A DNA stretch of 64,000 nt, taken from assembly GCF_044324875.1 (NCBI RefSeq), contig NZ_CP172185.1; one strand, 5' to 3'. The notes below the pieces were generated by a model, which worked only from the letters and a program-made list of their open reading frames with translations, made no database searches and was not told the DNA's origin. Source of the stretch: Escherichia coli (GTDB lineage Bacteria; Pseudomonadota; Gammaproteobacteria; Enterobacterales; Enterobacteriaceae). Positions 1 through 13,617 of the stretch are shown in pieces (the stretch's first letter is position 1; each line of letters starts with the position of its first letter). The position numbers were made by a program, and so were the translations under genes.

Positions 1-512
1 ACCACGGATTTGCACTGGTAACTGAAGAGCGCCGCTCAACGGGAATTTATGCCTATCTGGATATCGGTTTTAACTCGTTAATTTCCAATATTCGCAACTA
101 CAAAAATAAAGTTGGTTTACTGGATAACTCGCGGATGAAAAGCGATACCCAGTGGGTGATTGATTCGATGCGGGTAAAAACACCGGGGCATCGGACGCAA
201 ATTGGTTCGCTCTCCGGCGGTAATCAGCAAAAGGTGATTATTGGTCGCTGGCTACTAACGCAACCAGAAATATTAATGCTCGATGAACCGACGCGCGGTA
301 TTGATGTCGGAGCGAAGTTTGAAATTTATCAGTTAATTGCCGAGCTGGCGAAGAAAGGCAAGGGGATTATTATTATCTCCTCCGAAATGCCAGAGCTGTT
401 AGGGATAACAGACCGTATTCTGGTCATGAGCAATGGTCTCGTTTCTGGAATTGTCGATACAAAAACAACAACGCAAAACGAAATTCTGCGTCTTGCGTCT
501 TTGCACCTTTAA
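1..512 (+). CDS. mglA: Galactose/methyl-galactoside ABC transporter ATP-binding protein, C-terminal part (5' end outside window)
   Basis: Frame is open from the window edge to the stop at 510-512. It contains the ABC signature LSGGNQQKV and Walker B ILMLDEPT. The C-terminus ...[11 protein letters not shown] matches E. coli MglA as I recall it. mglC follows. Confidence 0.95.
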   Translation, partial: HGFALVTEERRSTGIYAYLDIGFNSLISNIRNYKNKVGLLDNSRMKSDTQWVIDSMRVKTPGHRTQIGSLSGGNQQKVIIGRWLLTQPEILMLDEPTRGIDVGAKFEIYQLIAELAKKGKGIIIISSEMPELLGITDRILVMSNGLVSGIVDTKTTTQNEILRLASLHL

Positions 513-527
513 GATTAGGGGCTTCCC

Positions 528-1538
528 ATGAGTGCGTTAAATAAGAAAAGTTTTCTTACTTACCTGAAAGAGGGCGGTATTTACGTCGTTCTTTTAGTTT
601 TGCTGGCGATTATTATTTTCCAGGACCCAACATTTTTAAGTCTGTTGAACTTAAGTAATATTCTCACCCAGTCATCGGTGCGTATTATTATCGCGCTCGG
701 TGTGGCAGGGTTAATTGTCACCCAGGGGACCGACCTTTCTGCGGGGCGTCAGGTAGGGCTGGCGGCAGTGGTGGCAGCGACATTATTGCAGTCCATGGAT
801 AACGCCAACAAAGTGTTCCCGGAAATGGCGACGATGCCGATTGCGCTGGTTATTCTGATTGTCTGTGCCATTGGTGCGGTGATCGGTTTGATTAACGGCC
901 TGATTATCGCTTATCTCAACGTGACGCCATTCATTACCACGCTCGGTACGATGATCATCGTCTATGGCATCAACTCGCTCTATTACGACTTTGTCGGGGC
1001 GTCGCCGATTTCTGGTTTCGACAGTGGCTTCTCTACCTTTGCTCAGGGCTTTGTCGCGCTGGGGAGTTTCCGTCTCTCTTACATCACCTTCTACGCGTTG
1101 ATTGCGGTGGCGTTCGTCTGGGTGTTGTGGAACAAAACCCGCTTCGGTAAGAACATTTTTGCCATTGGCGGTAACCCGGAAGCGGCAAAAGTATCTGGTG
1201 TCAACGTCGGCCTGAACCTGCTGATGATCTACGCGTTGTCTGGCGTGTTCTATGCCTTTGGCGGGATGTTAGAAGCCGGACGTATCGGCTCTGCCACCAA
1301 CAACCTCGGCTTTATGTATGAGCTGGATGCTATCGCGGCGTGCGTGGTAGGCGGCGTATCGTTCAGCGGCGGTGTAGGGACGGTGATTGGCGTGGTGACC
1401 GGGGTGATTATTTTTACCGTCATCAACTATGGCCTGACGTACATCGGCGTAAACCCATACTGGCAGTACATCATCAAAGGGGCGATTATTATCTTCGCTG
1501 TAGCGCTGGATTCACTGAAATACGCACGTAAGAAGTGA
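528..1538 (+). CDS. mglC: Galactose ABC transporter permease
   Basis: 336-aa polytopic hydrophobic ORF starting 15 bp after mglA. Sequence and synteny match E. coli MglC. Confidence 0.95.
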   Translation: MSALNKKSFLTYLKEGGIYVVLLVLLAIIIFQDPTFLSLLNLSNILTQSSVRIIIALGVAGLIVTQGTDLSAGRQVGLAAVVAATLLQSMDNANKVFPEMATMPIALVILIVCAIGAVIGLINGLIIAYLNVTPFITTLGTMIIVYGINSLYYDFVGASPISGFDSGFSTFAQGFVALGSFRLSYITFYALIAVAFVWVLWNKTRFGKNIFAIGGNPEAAKVSGVNVGLNLLMIYALSGVFYAFGGMLEAGRIGSATNNLGFMYELDAIAACVVGGVSFSGGVGTVIGVVTGVIIFTVINYGLTYIGVNPYWQYIIKGAIIIFAVALDSLKYARKK

Positions 1539-1553
1539 TGTGATTGTGGGTAT

Positions 1554-1794
1554 TGCCGGATGCGCTGCATCCGGCAATCGGTGCCAAATGCCGGATGCAA
1601 CGCTGGCGCGTTTTATCCGGCCTACAATGAGCGCAACATACTGATCTATATGGTTTTATATGCCGGATGCAACGCTGGCGCGTTTTATCCGGCCTACAAT
1701 GAGAACAACATATTGATTTATATGGTTTTGTAGGCCGGATAAGGCGTTCACGCCGCATCCGGCGACAGGAGCCAAATGCCGGATGCAACGCTGG
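1554..1794. repeat. REP/BIME cluster with a 72-bp unit repeated in tandem
   Basis: There are several GCCGGATG...CATCCGGC palindromic units. The string atgccggatgcaacgctggcgcgttttatccggcctacaatgag... starts at 1588 and again at 1660, with a partial third copy at 1776. Confidence 0.9.
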
Positions 1795-1796
1795 TT

Positions 1797-3032
1797 TTAC
1801 AACGTTACCGGGTGTTCTTTCTCTCCCTTCTTAAACTTCACTTCTCCGAGATCAATACAACCCACCGGGCAGACGTGACCACAAAGCAGGCAACCAACAC
1901 ATTTCTCGGTATTACAATGCGGTGTACGGGTTTTCTCGCTCCATTCCATCGCCTGGTGACCGCCGTCGTAACAGGAAATATAACAGCGTCCACAGCCAAC
2001 ACATTTATCGAGGTTGATGTTGGGATAGACAATATAACTGCGGTCTAAATCTTCCGCCGGAACAATATTGTGATTCGCCAGACCTACCATATCCTGCAAC
2101 GAATCAAATCCCTGATCGGCGAGATAATGCGACAACCCGCTCGCCATATCTTCTACGATGCGATAGCCGTACTGCATAATGCCGGTGGTCACCTGCAACG
2201 TCGCTGCACCGAGCAATAAAAACTCTGCCGCATCTTCCCAGGTTTCGATACCGCCGATACCGCTGATCGGGAAATCGCGCAGCTCTGGATGGGTGCGCAT
2301 TTGCTGAATAAAGCGCAGGGCGATCGGTTTTACCGCTTTACCGGAATATCCGGAAATACTCGATTTACCGTTAACGATCGGCATACCGATTTTCTGATTA
2401 AGATCGATATTGGTGATGGATTTAACGGTGTTAATCGCCGCAATGCCATCTGCGCCGCCGCGCTTCGCCGCCAGCGCCACTTCGCACATATCACCGATAT
2501 TCGGCGTCATCTTCGCCAGCATCGGCAGCGTAGAACCGCGTTTCACTGCCCGACAATATTTTTCGACCAGCTCCGGGCTTTGCCCGACATCGCTACCCAT
2601 CGCATGAGAAGTCATTTGCGGACAGGAGAAGTTACACTCGATCATATCCGCGCCAGCTTCTTGCACCAGGCGCGCCAGCTCCTCCCATTGCTGCTCATTT
2701 TCCCCCATGATCGAAGCGATCAATACTTTGTCCGGGTAATCTTCCTTCAGCCGACGCAGGGCGGCCAGATTCTCTTCCAACGGATGTTCAGCAATCTGCT
2801 CCATATTTTTGAAGCCGATAAAACCGGTATCTTCTTTCACCAGATGATCAAAACGCGGCGAGACTTCGTTGGCGATAAAAAAGCCGATCGTTTTAAACAC
2901 CACGCCGCCCCAACCTGTGTCGTAGGCTTTGGCACACATCTCATAGCAGTTGCCTACAGGCGAAGAAGAGAGGCAGAACGGATTGGGAAACTTCACGCCG
3001 CAAAAAGTAATCGAAAGATCTTTCGTTAACAT
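1797..3032 (-). CDS. preA: NAD-dependent dihydropyrimidine dehydrogenase subunit PreA
   Basis: 411 aa from [10 protein letters not shown]. It has a DHOD-like TIM barrel plus C-terminal 4Fe-4S motifs (CVGCGRC, CVGCLLC). Synteny with preT. Confidence 0.93.
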   Translation of the reverse strand: MLTKDLSITFCGVKFPNPFCLSSSPVGNCYEMCAKAYDTGWGGVVFKTIGFFIANEVSPRFDHLVKEDTGFIGFKNMEQIAEHPLEENLAALRRLKEDYPDKVLIASIMGENEQQWEELARLVQEAGADMIECNFSCPQMTSHAMGSDVGQSPELVEKYCRAVKRGSTLPMLAKMTPNIGDMCEVALAAKRGGADGIAAINTVKSITNIDLNQKIGMPIVNGKSSISGYSGKAVKPIALRFIQQMRTHPELRDFPISGIGGIETWEDAAEFLLLGAATLQVTTGIMQYGYRIVEDMASGLSHYLADQGFDSLQDMVGLANHNIVPAEDLDRSYIVYPNINLDKCVGCGRCYISCYDGGHQAMEWSEKTRTPHCNTEKCVGCLLCGHVCPVGCIDLGEVKFKKGEKEHPVTL

Positions 3033-4264
3033 GAGCAAGCTCCCTCTAAATAGTGATGAATCGCCTCGGCGGCTTCTTTCCCGGTTTTCACGGCATAGAC
3101 CACGGTTTTGTCACCCTCAACAATATCGCCAGCAGCAAAGACTTGCGGATCGCGGGTCTGGTAATTTTGTGTATTGATGGTGTTACGCTGCGGCTCTAAC
3201 TCCGCAAAGGCATCCAGTCTGGCATGCTGACCGACGGCGAGAATAATTTTATCTGCCGTCATCGTCAGTTCGCCCGGTAACCGTACATGCTTAAACGTGA
3301 CTTTATTGCCTTCCACGGCTACTGGCGTAAATCCATCGATGATCGAAACGCCCAGCTCCCGGGCGCTGGCAAACTCTTTTTCGCTTGCCGGAAACTCATC
3401 TAACTCTTCACGCGCTACGCAAGTTACCGCCTGACAACCGAGAACTTTCAGCGTGCTGGCTACGTCCATCGCGACATCACCGCCGCCGATAATTAATGCG
3501 CTTTGTGGAATGCTGATATCGCCTTGCGCCTGTCGTGCACGTTGCAAGAAGTCGACGGCAATCTCAACGTCGCTATGCTCAAACAGTGGTAGCCCGGAAC
3601 CGCTAGATAACCCCACGGTGACCAGTACCGCGCGGTTTTCCGCTTTCAGCTGCTCCAGGGTGAGTGTTTTACCGATTTCGTTATTGCACTTAATGGTCAC
3701 GCCCATTTTTTCAATACGGGCGATTTCTGCATCCAGTACTGATTGCGGTAACCGGAATTGCGGAATGCCGTTACGCAACCAGCCACCGGGTTGTGCTTCT
3801 TTCTCATAGATCGTGACGTCATAACCCTGGTTTGTCAGCGTCACACTGGCCTGCAATCCGGCAGGACCTGCGCCAATAATGGCGACTTTGCCGAGCGTTT
3901 TAGTACCGGGCTGATAAATTTCCATCCCAGTTTGTTGTTCAAAATCAGTAACAAAACGCTGTAAGCGGCCGATATCAATGGGAGTATCAACACCGGCACG
4001 GGTACAACCGCTTTGGCATAATTTCTCCGTCGGGCACACTCTGGCACAAACGGCACCGAGGGCATTATTTTCACGAATTGTCTCGGCAGCGCCTTTAAAA
4101 TTACGAAAGTAGATTGAGCGAATAAATTTCCCCGGATCGGTCTGTGCCGGGCAAGCCTGACTACAGGGAGCGTCGTGACATAATAAGCAGCGAGAGGCTT
4201 CTTTAATCGCCAGTAACGGTGTAAAAGCCGGAGTGAGTTCATCCAGATAATTTTGTTGCGGCAT
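3026..4264 (-). CDS. preT: NAD-dependent dihydropyrimidine dehydrogenase subunit PreT
   Basis: 412-aa ORF with an N-terminal Fe-S Cys cluster and the dinucleotide fold [10 protein letters not shown]. It overlaps the preA start. Confidence 0.93.
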   Translation of the reverse strand: MPQQNYLDELTPAFTPLLAIKEASRCLLCHDAPCSQACPAQTDPGKFIRSIYFRNFKGAAETIRENNALGAVCARVCPTEKLCQSGCTRAGVDTPIDIGRLQRFVTDFEQQTGMEIYQPGTKTLGKVAIIGAGPAGLQASVTLTNQGYDVTIYEKEAQPGGWLRNGIPQFRLPQSVLDAEIARIEKMGVTIKCNNEIGKTLTLEQLKAENRAVLVTVGLSSGSGLPLFEHSDVEIAVDFLQRARQAQGDISIPQSALIIGGGDVAMDVASTLKVLGCQAVTCVAREELDEFPASEKEFASARELGVSIIDGFTPVAVEGNKVTFKHVRLPGELTMTADKIILAVGQHARLDAFAELEPQRNTINTQNYQTRDPQVFAAGDIVEGDKTVVYAVKTGKEAAEAIHHYLEGACSC

Positions 4265-4311
4265 GTGATCTTCCTTAATGCTATGAGTAATTAAGGCGAA
4301 CGCTAAATATA

Positions 4312-4515
4312 CTCGTCATACTTCAAGTTGCATGTGCTGCGTCTGCGGGTTATTCGGCCCATCCATGGGCCTCACCCCTTATGGGGCCGCTGCAGGCAGC
4401 GTTCAAATCCGCTCCATGCGGATTTGTCGCTCACCCCAGTCACTTACTTATGTAAGCTCCTGGGGACTCACTCACTTGTCGCCTTCCTGCAACTTGAATT
4501 ATTTAGAGTATAAAT
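4312..4515. repeat. ERIC (IRU) element, extended form
   Basis: Contains the ERIC core cgctcaccccagtcacttacttatgtaagctcctgggga (complementary to the classical ERIC primer sequences). It is flanked by the inverted arms cttcaagttgca / tgcaacttgaa. Confidence 0.85.
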
Positions 4516-4660
4516 ATTGCGTGCTGATATTAAGGCTATGCGCGTGGGGAAATTTAAACTGTGAAAGGATTCACAAATAGCTGCGGTTCAGAATGTTATA
4601 TCCGCAGCTTATTGAGTGAAGTAATAATTATTCTCAATAATTAACAGAAAAGAGAAAATA

Positions 4661-6656
<1,996 letters not shown>

Positions 6657-6785
6657 GGCGTTGCCTCATAATCATGTAATGGGATAACAGTTTACGAACC
6701 CGTTATGGCTTTATATGTGATCTGAATCTCATTAATTATGCAACGCGTGAAACTTACATCAAAAATGCGCGACGCATCGCAAATT

Positions 6786-7912
<1,127 letters not shown>

Positions 7913-8114
7913 TTAATTCGTAAAACGTGCTACCGATCACATTAAGAAATCAGCGCTTATTTTTTCGCTCCCGGGCATTAAGCAATGAGCAGCGAACTCA
8001 GGCATACATCAAGCATAGAGAGGGATTGCAGTTTGCAGCAATCCCTCTTTGCAGACCTTTAATCCGCTGACCATAGGCGCTAACATAGCGCCTCATTTTT
8101 TTGCGGGTGATGAT

Positions 8115-9062
8115 ATGCGTGTGTTACTGGCACCGATGGAGGGTGTACTCGACTCTCTGGTGCGTGAATTGCTGACCGAAGTTAACGACTACGATCTGTG
8201 CATCACCGAGTTTGTCCGCGTGGTGGATCAACTGCTGCCAATAAAAGTCTTTCATCGCATTTGCCCTGAGCTACAAAATGCCAGCCGGACACCTTCCGGT
8301 ACGCTGGTGCGCGTGCAGTTGTTAGGTCAGTTCCCACAATGGCTGGCAGAGAATGCCGCCCGTGCGGTCGAGTTAGGTTCCTGGGGCGTGGATCTCAATT
8401 GCGGCTGCCCGTCGAAAACGGTTAACGGTAGCGGCGGTGGGGCGACGTTACTCAAAGATCCCGAACTCATCTACCAGGGTGCAAAAGCGATGCGTGAAGC
8501 TGTACCGGCGCATTTGCCCGTCAGCGTGAAAGTGCGTCTGGGATGGGACAGCGGTGAGAAGAAATTTGAAATCGCCGATGCGGTTCAACAGGCTGGTGCT
8601 ACAGAGCTGGTGGTGCATGGGCGGACGAAAGAGCAGGGTTACCGCGCGGAGCATATTGACTGGCAGGCGATTGGCGAGATTCGCCAGCGGCTGAATATTC
8701 CGGTGATTGCCAACGGTGAAATCTGGGACTGGCAGAGTGCGCAACAATGCATGACGATCAGCGGATGCGACGCAGTGATGATTGGTCGCGGGGCGCTCAA
8801 TATTCCCAACCTGAGCCGGGTGGTAAAATATAACGAACCGCGAATGCCGTGGCCGGAGGTAGTTGCTTTGCTGCAAAAATATACCCGTCTGGAAAAGCAG
8901 GGCGATACCGGGTTATATCACGTTGCGCGGATTAAACAGTGGTTGAGTTATTTGCGTAAAGAATACGATGAAGCAACGGAATTATTTCAGCATGTTCGGG
9001 TGTTGAATAATTCCCCTGATATTACAAGGGCTATTCAGGCAATTGATATCGAGAAACTCTAA
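8115..9062 (+). CDS. dusC: tRNA-dihydrouridine(16) synthase
   Basis: 315 aa from [13 protein letters not shown] with a Dus TIM-barrel motif (DLNCGCP). Start chosen inside the longer track ORF. Confidence 0.93.
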   Translation: MRVLLAPMEGVLDSLVRELLTEVNDYDLCITEFVRVVDQLLPIKVFHRICPELQNASRTPSGTLVRVQLLGQFPQWLAENAARAVELGSWGVDLNCGCPSKTVNGSGGGATLLKDPELIYQGAKAMREAVPAHLPVSVKVRLGWDSGEKKFEIADAVQQAGATELVVHGRTKEQGYRAEHIDWQAIGEIRQRLNIPVIANGEIWDWQSAQQCMTISGCDAVMIGRGALNIPNLSRVVKYNEPRMPWPEVVALLQKYTRLEKQGDTGLYHVARIKQWLSYLRKEYDEATELFQHVRVLNNSPDITRAIQAIDIEKL

Positions 9063-9134
9063 AAAACCATAGTGATGTTTTTTGACAATGTGTTAGCTCT
9101 TTATCAATAGGCCGCACGGTTGTTTGGTGGCGTC

Positions 9135-9325
9135 AAAATCGCCGAGGCGTTCCCCGAAGGCCGGGGCAGCCCACATGGATGTGGGCTGAGGGCGCGTTTT
9201 ACAGGGATGTTACCTCGCGCCCGACCCGGTAGCCGTAAGGGATAAGCCGAGGGCACCGCGCAGCGGCGATTTTGTTCGCCAGAGCCCGGGGGTGCAGGGG
9301 GCGGCGGCGATTGGTCGCCCCCTGC
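9135..9325. other. G+C-rich, highly structured intergenic element (unidentified repeat or ncRNA)
   Basis: A 10-bp outer stem (aaaatcgccg 9135-9144 with cggcgatttt 9264-9273) encloses three hairpins: ccccg/cgggg near 9152-9166, the perfect palindrome gcccacat-gg-atgtgggc at 9169-9186, and gggcgcg 9190-9196 with cgcgccc 9216-9222. A separate 10-bp hairpin follows (gcagggggcg 9294-9303 with cgccccctgc 9316-9325). Confidence 0.4.
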
Positions 9326-9434
9326 GCGCTCCTTGCGCCAGTGATTATATGAAGCAATGCACATGACAGGAGCGCAACAGGATGAGAGACTGAAATATTC
9401 TCGTTATTTTCGGATCTGATGACATTAATTAATT

Positions 9435-9518
9435 TTAAAATATCATCTTAAATACACCAGTCACCACCAGTAGCCCAATCAGGAAAATAATCAATACGGC
9501 CCAGAGTATAATTTTCAT
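9435..9518 (-). CDS. yohP: 27-aa small membrane protein YohP
   Basis: Manual translation gives MKIILWAVLIIFLIGLLVVTGVFKMIF followed by a stop. The ORF is too short for the track. Its position between dusC and mdtQ matches K-12. Confidence 0.8.
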   Translation of the reverse strand: MKIILWAVLIIFLIGLLVVTGVFKMIF

Positions 9519-9741
9519 TGGCGTTCCTTTATTTGTGAGTGCTGAATAAGTATAGGAAAAAACGAAGCCCTTTGCCGTTATCCATAAACTATTAAGATAA
9601 ATCAGAAGATATCATTCACTTAGTGTATATTTTTCTGGATATGTCGTTTTATTGCCACTGATGTATTGCCACGCGAAACTAAAAAATATATCGCAACACA
9701 CGGTAATCTCCGCGCACCTTTTCTTACCTGATTATTCCCCC

Positions 9742-11178
9742 ATGAATCGTGATTCTTTTTATCCAGCCATCGCCTGTTTTCCGCTGTTACTGATGCTGGC
9801 CGGGTGTGCGCCTATGCATGAAACCCGCCAGGCGTTAAGCCAGCAAACGCCCGCTTCACAAGTTGACACCGCATTACCCACGGCGCTGAAAAATGGTTGG
9901 CCAGACAGCCAATGGTGGCTGGAGTATCACGATAATCAACTCACTTCATTAATTAACAATGCACTACAGAACGCACCGGATATGCAGGTGGCTGAACAGC
10001 GCATTCAGCTGGCTGAAGCCCAGGCGAAGGCAGTTGCCACTCAGGATGGTCCGCAGATCGACTTTTCTGCGGATATGGAGCGGCAAAAAATGTCGGCAGA
10101 AGGGTTAATGGGGCCGTTTGCTCTGAACGATCCGGCCGCAGGTACGACCGGTCCGTGGTACACCAACGGTACTTTTGGCTTAACGGCGGGCTGGCATCTC
10201 GATATCTGGGGAAAGAATCGGGCGGAGGTAACTGCTCGCCTGGGTACGGTTAAAGCACGAGCGGCGGAACGCGAGCAAACCCGCCAATTGCTGGCTTGCA
10301 GCGTAGCCCGCCTGTACTGGGAGTGGCAAACCCAGGCGGCGTTAAACACTGTCTTACAGCAAATCGAAAAAGAGCAGAACACCATTATCGCCACCGATCG
10401 CCAGCTATATCAGAACGGGATTACTTCTTCAGTTGAAGGTGTGGAAACCGATATTAATGCCAGCAAAACCCGGCAGCAGCTCAACGATGTCGCGGGGAAA
10501 ATGAAAATTATTGAGGCACGGTTAAATGCACTCACAAATCACCAGACAAAGTCATTGAAGCTTAAATCGGTCGCATTGCCGAAAGTGGCAAGCCAGCTTC
10601 CTGATGAACTGGGGTACTCCTTACTGGCGCGGCGGGCAGATTTGCAGGCGGCGCACTGGTACGTTGAGTCATCGCTAAGCACCATTGATGCGGCAAAAGC
10701 GGCATTTTATCCTGACATCAACCTGATGGCCTTCCTGCAACAGGATGCGTTGCACTTAAGCGATCTGTTCCGTCATTCCGCGCAGCAAATGGGCGTTACG
10801 GCAGGCCTGACGCTACCCATTTTCGATAGTGGTCGTCTTAACGCCAACCTCGATATCGCAAAAGCCGAAAGCAACTTGTCTATCGCCAGCTACAACAAAG
10901 CGGTGGTTGAAGCGGTGAATGACGTGGCGCGGGCAGCCAGTCAGGTTCAGACACTGGCGGAGAAAAACCAGCATCAGGCGCAAATTGAGCGCGATGCCTT
11001 GCGTGTAGTAGGTCTTGCGCAGGCGCGCTTTAACGCGGGCATCATTGCCGGTTCCCGCGTCAGCGAAGCCAGAATCCCGGCGCTTCGCGAGCGGGCCAAT
11101 GGCCTGTTATTGCAAGGGCAGTGGCTGGATGCCTCCATTCAACTCACCGGTGCGCTGGGCGGGGGTTACAAACGCTGA
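9742..11178 (+). CDS. mdtQ: Outer-membrane efflux factor lipoprotein (NodT/OMF family), intact
   Basis: 478 aa from MNRDSFYPAIACFPLLLMLAGC (lipobox LAGC). The reading frame is continuous. Confidence 0.9.
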   Translation: MNRDSFYPAIACFPLLLMLAGCAPMHETRQALSQQTPASQVDTALPTALKNGWPDSQWWLEYHDNQLTSLINNALQNAPDMQVAEQRIQLAEAQAKAVATQDGPQIDFSADMERQKMSAEGLMGPFALNDPAAGTTGPWYTNGTFGLTAGWHLDIWGKNRAEVTARLGTVKARAAEREQTRQLLACSVARLYWEWQTQAALNTVLQQIEKEQNTIIATDRQLYQNGITSSVEGVETDINASKTRQQLNDVAGKMKIIEARLNALTNHQTKSLKLKSVALPKVASQLPDELGYSLLARRADLQAAHWYVESSLSTIDAAKAAFYPDINLMAFLQQDALHLSDLFRHSAQQMGVTAGLTLPIFDSGRLNANLDIAKAESNLSIASYNKAVVEAVNDVARAASQVQTLAEKNQHQAQIERDALRVVGLAQARFNAGIIAGSRVSEARIPALRERANGLLLQGQWLDASIQLTGALGGGYKR

Positions 11179-11230
11179 TGATATACGCGTCCTATACTTA
11201 ACGTTTATTCAGCGTTAAGTGGAGAACTCG

Positions 11231-11992
11231 ATGGCACAGGTCGCGATTATTACCGCCTCCGATTCGGGGATCGGCAAAGAGTGCGCGTTATTACTGGCGC
11301 AGCAGGGGTTTGATATTGGTATTACCTGGCACTCTGATGAAGAAGGGGCAAAAGATACCGCGCGTGAGGTGGTTAGCCACGGCGTAAGTGCGGAGATCGT
11401 GCAGCTGGATCTCGGCAATCTACCAGAAGGGGCACTGGCGCTGGAGAAACTCATTCAACGGCTGGGGCGTATTGATGTGCTGGTGAATAATGCGGGCGCA
11501 ATGACCAAAGCGCCGTTTCTTGATATGGCTTTCGATGAGTGGCGCAAGATTTTTACCGTTGATGTCGATGGTGCATTTTTATGCTCGCAAATTGCTGCCC
11601 GCCAGATGGTGAAACAAGGGCAGGGCGGTCGCATCATCAACATTACGTCGGTGCATGAACATACGCCGCTGCCGGATGCCAGCGCCTACACAGCCGCTAA
11701 ACATGCGCTCGGTGGGTTAACCAAAACGATGGCGCTGGAGCTGGTCAGGCATAAGATTTTGGTGAACGCAGTCGCACCTGGGGCGATCGCCACGCCAATG
11801 AATGGCATGGATGACGGGGATGTGAAGCCCGATGCGGAGCCTTCGATTCCCTTGCGGCGTTTTGGCGCAACGCATGAGATTGCCAGCCTGGTGGTGTGGC
11901 TTTGTTCGGAGGGCGCAAATTACACCACTGGGCAGTCGTTGATAGTGGATGGCGGCTTTATGCTGGCGAATCCGCAGTTCAACCCAGAATAG
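11231..11992 (+). CDS. yohF: Short-chain dehydrogenase/reductase YohF
   Basis: 253 aa from MAQVAIITASDSGIGKE (TGxxxGIG Rossmann motif) with a YxxxK catalytic motif (YTAAK). Confidence 0.92.
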   Translation: MAQVAIITASDSGIGKECALLLAQQGFDIGITWHSDEEGAKDTAREVVSHGVSAEIVQLDLGNLPEGALALEKLIQRLGRIDVLVNNAGAMTKAPFLDMAFDEWRKIFTVDVDGAFLCSQIAARQMVKQGQGGRIINITSVHEHTPLPDASAYTAAKHALGGLTKTMALELVRHKILVNAVAPGAIATPMNGMDDGDVKPDAEPSIPLRRFGATHEIASLVVWLCSEGANYTTGQSLIVDGGFMLANPQFNPE

Positions 11993-12023
11993 CGCAGTGA
12001 GGTGCGTGGATATTTCAATGGGT

Positions 12024-12102
12024 TAGGCCAGATAAGACACCAGCGTCGCATCAGGCATGGAACACCCGGTGCCGGATGTGGCGTGAATGCTTATCTGTGG
12101 CA
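12024..12102. repeat. REP pair (BIME)
   Basis: Inverted units ggccagataagacaccagcgtcgcatcaggca ... gccggatgtggcgtgaatgcttatctg. Confidence 0.8.
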
Positions 12103-12108
12103 ACTGCT

Positions 12109-12687
12109 TTACGCCTGATTATCCGGCTTTTTCTTCCCGCGTCGTTTCAGCCACCAGCGCACGCCTACCACCAGAACCACGACCAGAATCAACCAGACCC
12201 AGTGTTTCAAATGCTGGTCGAGATTGTGCAACCACGGCGCAATCACCTGACCACCAGCGTAACCGATAGTTGTAAAAATCAACGCCCAGGCAAATGCGCC
12301 AAGGATATTCAGTGGCAGAAAGATTTTCGGCGGCAGCTGGCTGGCACCAATCAGCGTCGGGCCAATCACCCGAAAGCCATACATAAAACGCGTACCAATG
12401 ACAAACAGATACGGATGGCGTTGGATAAGTTTCTGCGCCCGCTCAATTTTATCCTGATGTTTCGAGAAACGGCGTAATAGCTTGCCGCCAAAGCGCCGCC
12501 CGCACAGATAAAGCACCTGGTCGCCAATCATGCCGCCAAGCGCCACAGAAAGTACCACCAGCGGGAACTTTAATAGCCCCTGATGTGCCGCAACGCCTCC
12601 CAGCAAAGTCACGGTTTCACCTTCCGCCAGGCTACCGATCACCAGCGCGGCATAACCATATTGTGAGATGAGTGTATTGAGATCCAT
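12109..12687 (-). CDS. yohD: DedA-family inner-membrane protein YohD
   Basis: 192-aa polytopic ORF in K-12 synteny. Confidence 0.92.
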   Translation of the reverse strand: MDLNTLISQYGYAALVIGSLAEGETVTLLGGVAAHQGLLKFPLVVLSVALGGMIGDQVLYLCGRRFGGKLLRRFSKHQDKIERAQKLIQRHPYLFVIGTRFMYGFRVIGPTLIGASQLPPKIFLPLNILGAFAWALIFTTIGYAGGQVIAPWLHNLDQHLKHWVWLILVVVLVVGVRWWLKRRGKKKPDNQA

Positions 12688-12856
12688 AGGCCAGTCTGTC
12701 TCCCTTTAGTTGCCTGTAAGCATACACCCTGTGAATAGTTCACGCTGAAAAAGGACGTACATCAGACGGTGCAAATTACATGAGCGAACAAAAAATAATC
12801 ACAAGCTGACTTATACTTGAACTGTCAGGTTCATGAACTCACAACAAGGGGGCGGT

Positions 12857-13444
12857 ATGAGCCATGTCTGGGGACTGTTTTCCCATCCCGATCGTGAAAT
12901 GCAGGTGATTAATCGCGAAAACGAAACGATTTCTCACCATTACACCCACCACGTTTTGCTGATGGCGGCGATTCCGGTGATTTGCGCCTTCATTGGCACC
13001 ACACAAATTGGCTGGAATTTTGGCGATGGCACTATCCTGAAGTTATCCTGGTTTACCGGACTGGCGCTGGCTGTCTTGTTTTATGGCGTTATGCTGGCTG
13101 GGGTCGCGGTGATGGGGCGGGTCATCTGGTGGATGGCGCGCAATTATCCGCAGCGTCCGTCACTTGCGCACTGCATGGTCTTCGCGGGCTACGTTGCAAC
13201 TCCGCTGTTTTTAAGCGGTCTGGTGGCGCTTTATCCGCTGGTCTGGTTGTGTGCGCTGGTCGGCACGGTGGCACTGTTTTACACCGGTTACCTGCTTTAT
13301 CTCGGTATTCCGAGCTTCCTGAATATCAACAAAGAGGAAGGCCTTAGCTTCTCCAGTTCGACGCTGGCGATAGGCGTGCTGGTGCTGGAAGTGCTGCTCG
13401 CCCTTACCGTTATACTATGGGGTTACGGTTATCGTTTGTTCTAG
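12857..13444 (+). CDS. yohC: Yip1-family inner-membrane protein YohC
   Basis: 195 aa from MSHVWGLFSHP. The track ORF is extended by 8 codons. Confidence 0.9.
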   Translation: MSHVWGLFSHPDREMQVINRENETISHHYTHHVLLMAAIPVICAFIGTTQIGWNFGDGTILKLSWFTGLALAVLFYGVMLAGVAVMGRVIWWMARNYPQRPSLAHCMVFAGYVATPLFLSGLVALYPLVWLCALVGTVALFYTGYLLYLGIPSFLNINKEEGLSFSSSTLAIGVLVLEVLLALTVILWGYGYRLF

Positions 13445-13617
13445 AAAGTTCTTTTGTGTTGCATTGCTGGCGTAAATGTCAGCAATGCAGCATTTCCTCA
13501 CGATTCTCCTTTGACGATCGCACTTTTTGCTCGTTATGATGGCGTCGCTAGCCTCAGTAAATCCTTACTCCGGCGGTGCGCAACCCGTGCGCGTGAACCA
13601 CTATCTGAATGCTCATC

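Noticed and set aside
1489-1788. 99-aa minus-strand ORF across the mglC-preA intergenic region
   Set aside because: It is made of REP palindromes, and the repeated peptide CRPDKTRQRCIRH simply reflects the 72-bp DNA repeat.
2289-3029. 246-aa plus-strand ORF, with several shorter ones between 1776 and 3177
   Set aside because: It lies entirely antisense to preA, whose product is recognisable end to end. The composition is Arg/His-rich, typical of a shadow ORF.
4579-4610. 8-bp hairpin (agctgcgg-N15-ccgcagct) between the ERIC element and yeiS, considered as a terminator
   Set aside because: The loop is large and there is no clear T-run on either strand. It is left unannotated.
9104-9364. 86-aa Pro/Gly/Arg-rich minus-strand ORF
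   Set aside because: It coincides with the G+C-rich hairpin element. There is no Shine-Dalgarno sequence, and the composition is driven by the DNA structure.
12076-12477. 133-aa plus-strand ORF
   Set aside because: Antisense to yohD (DedA family), which is the recognisable frame.
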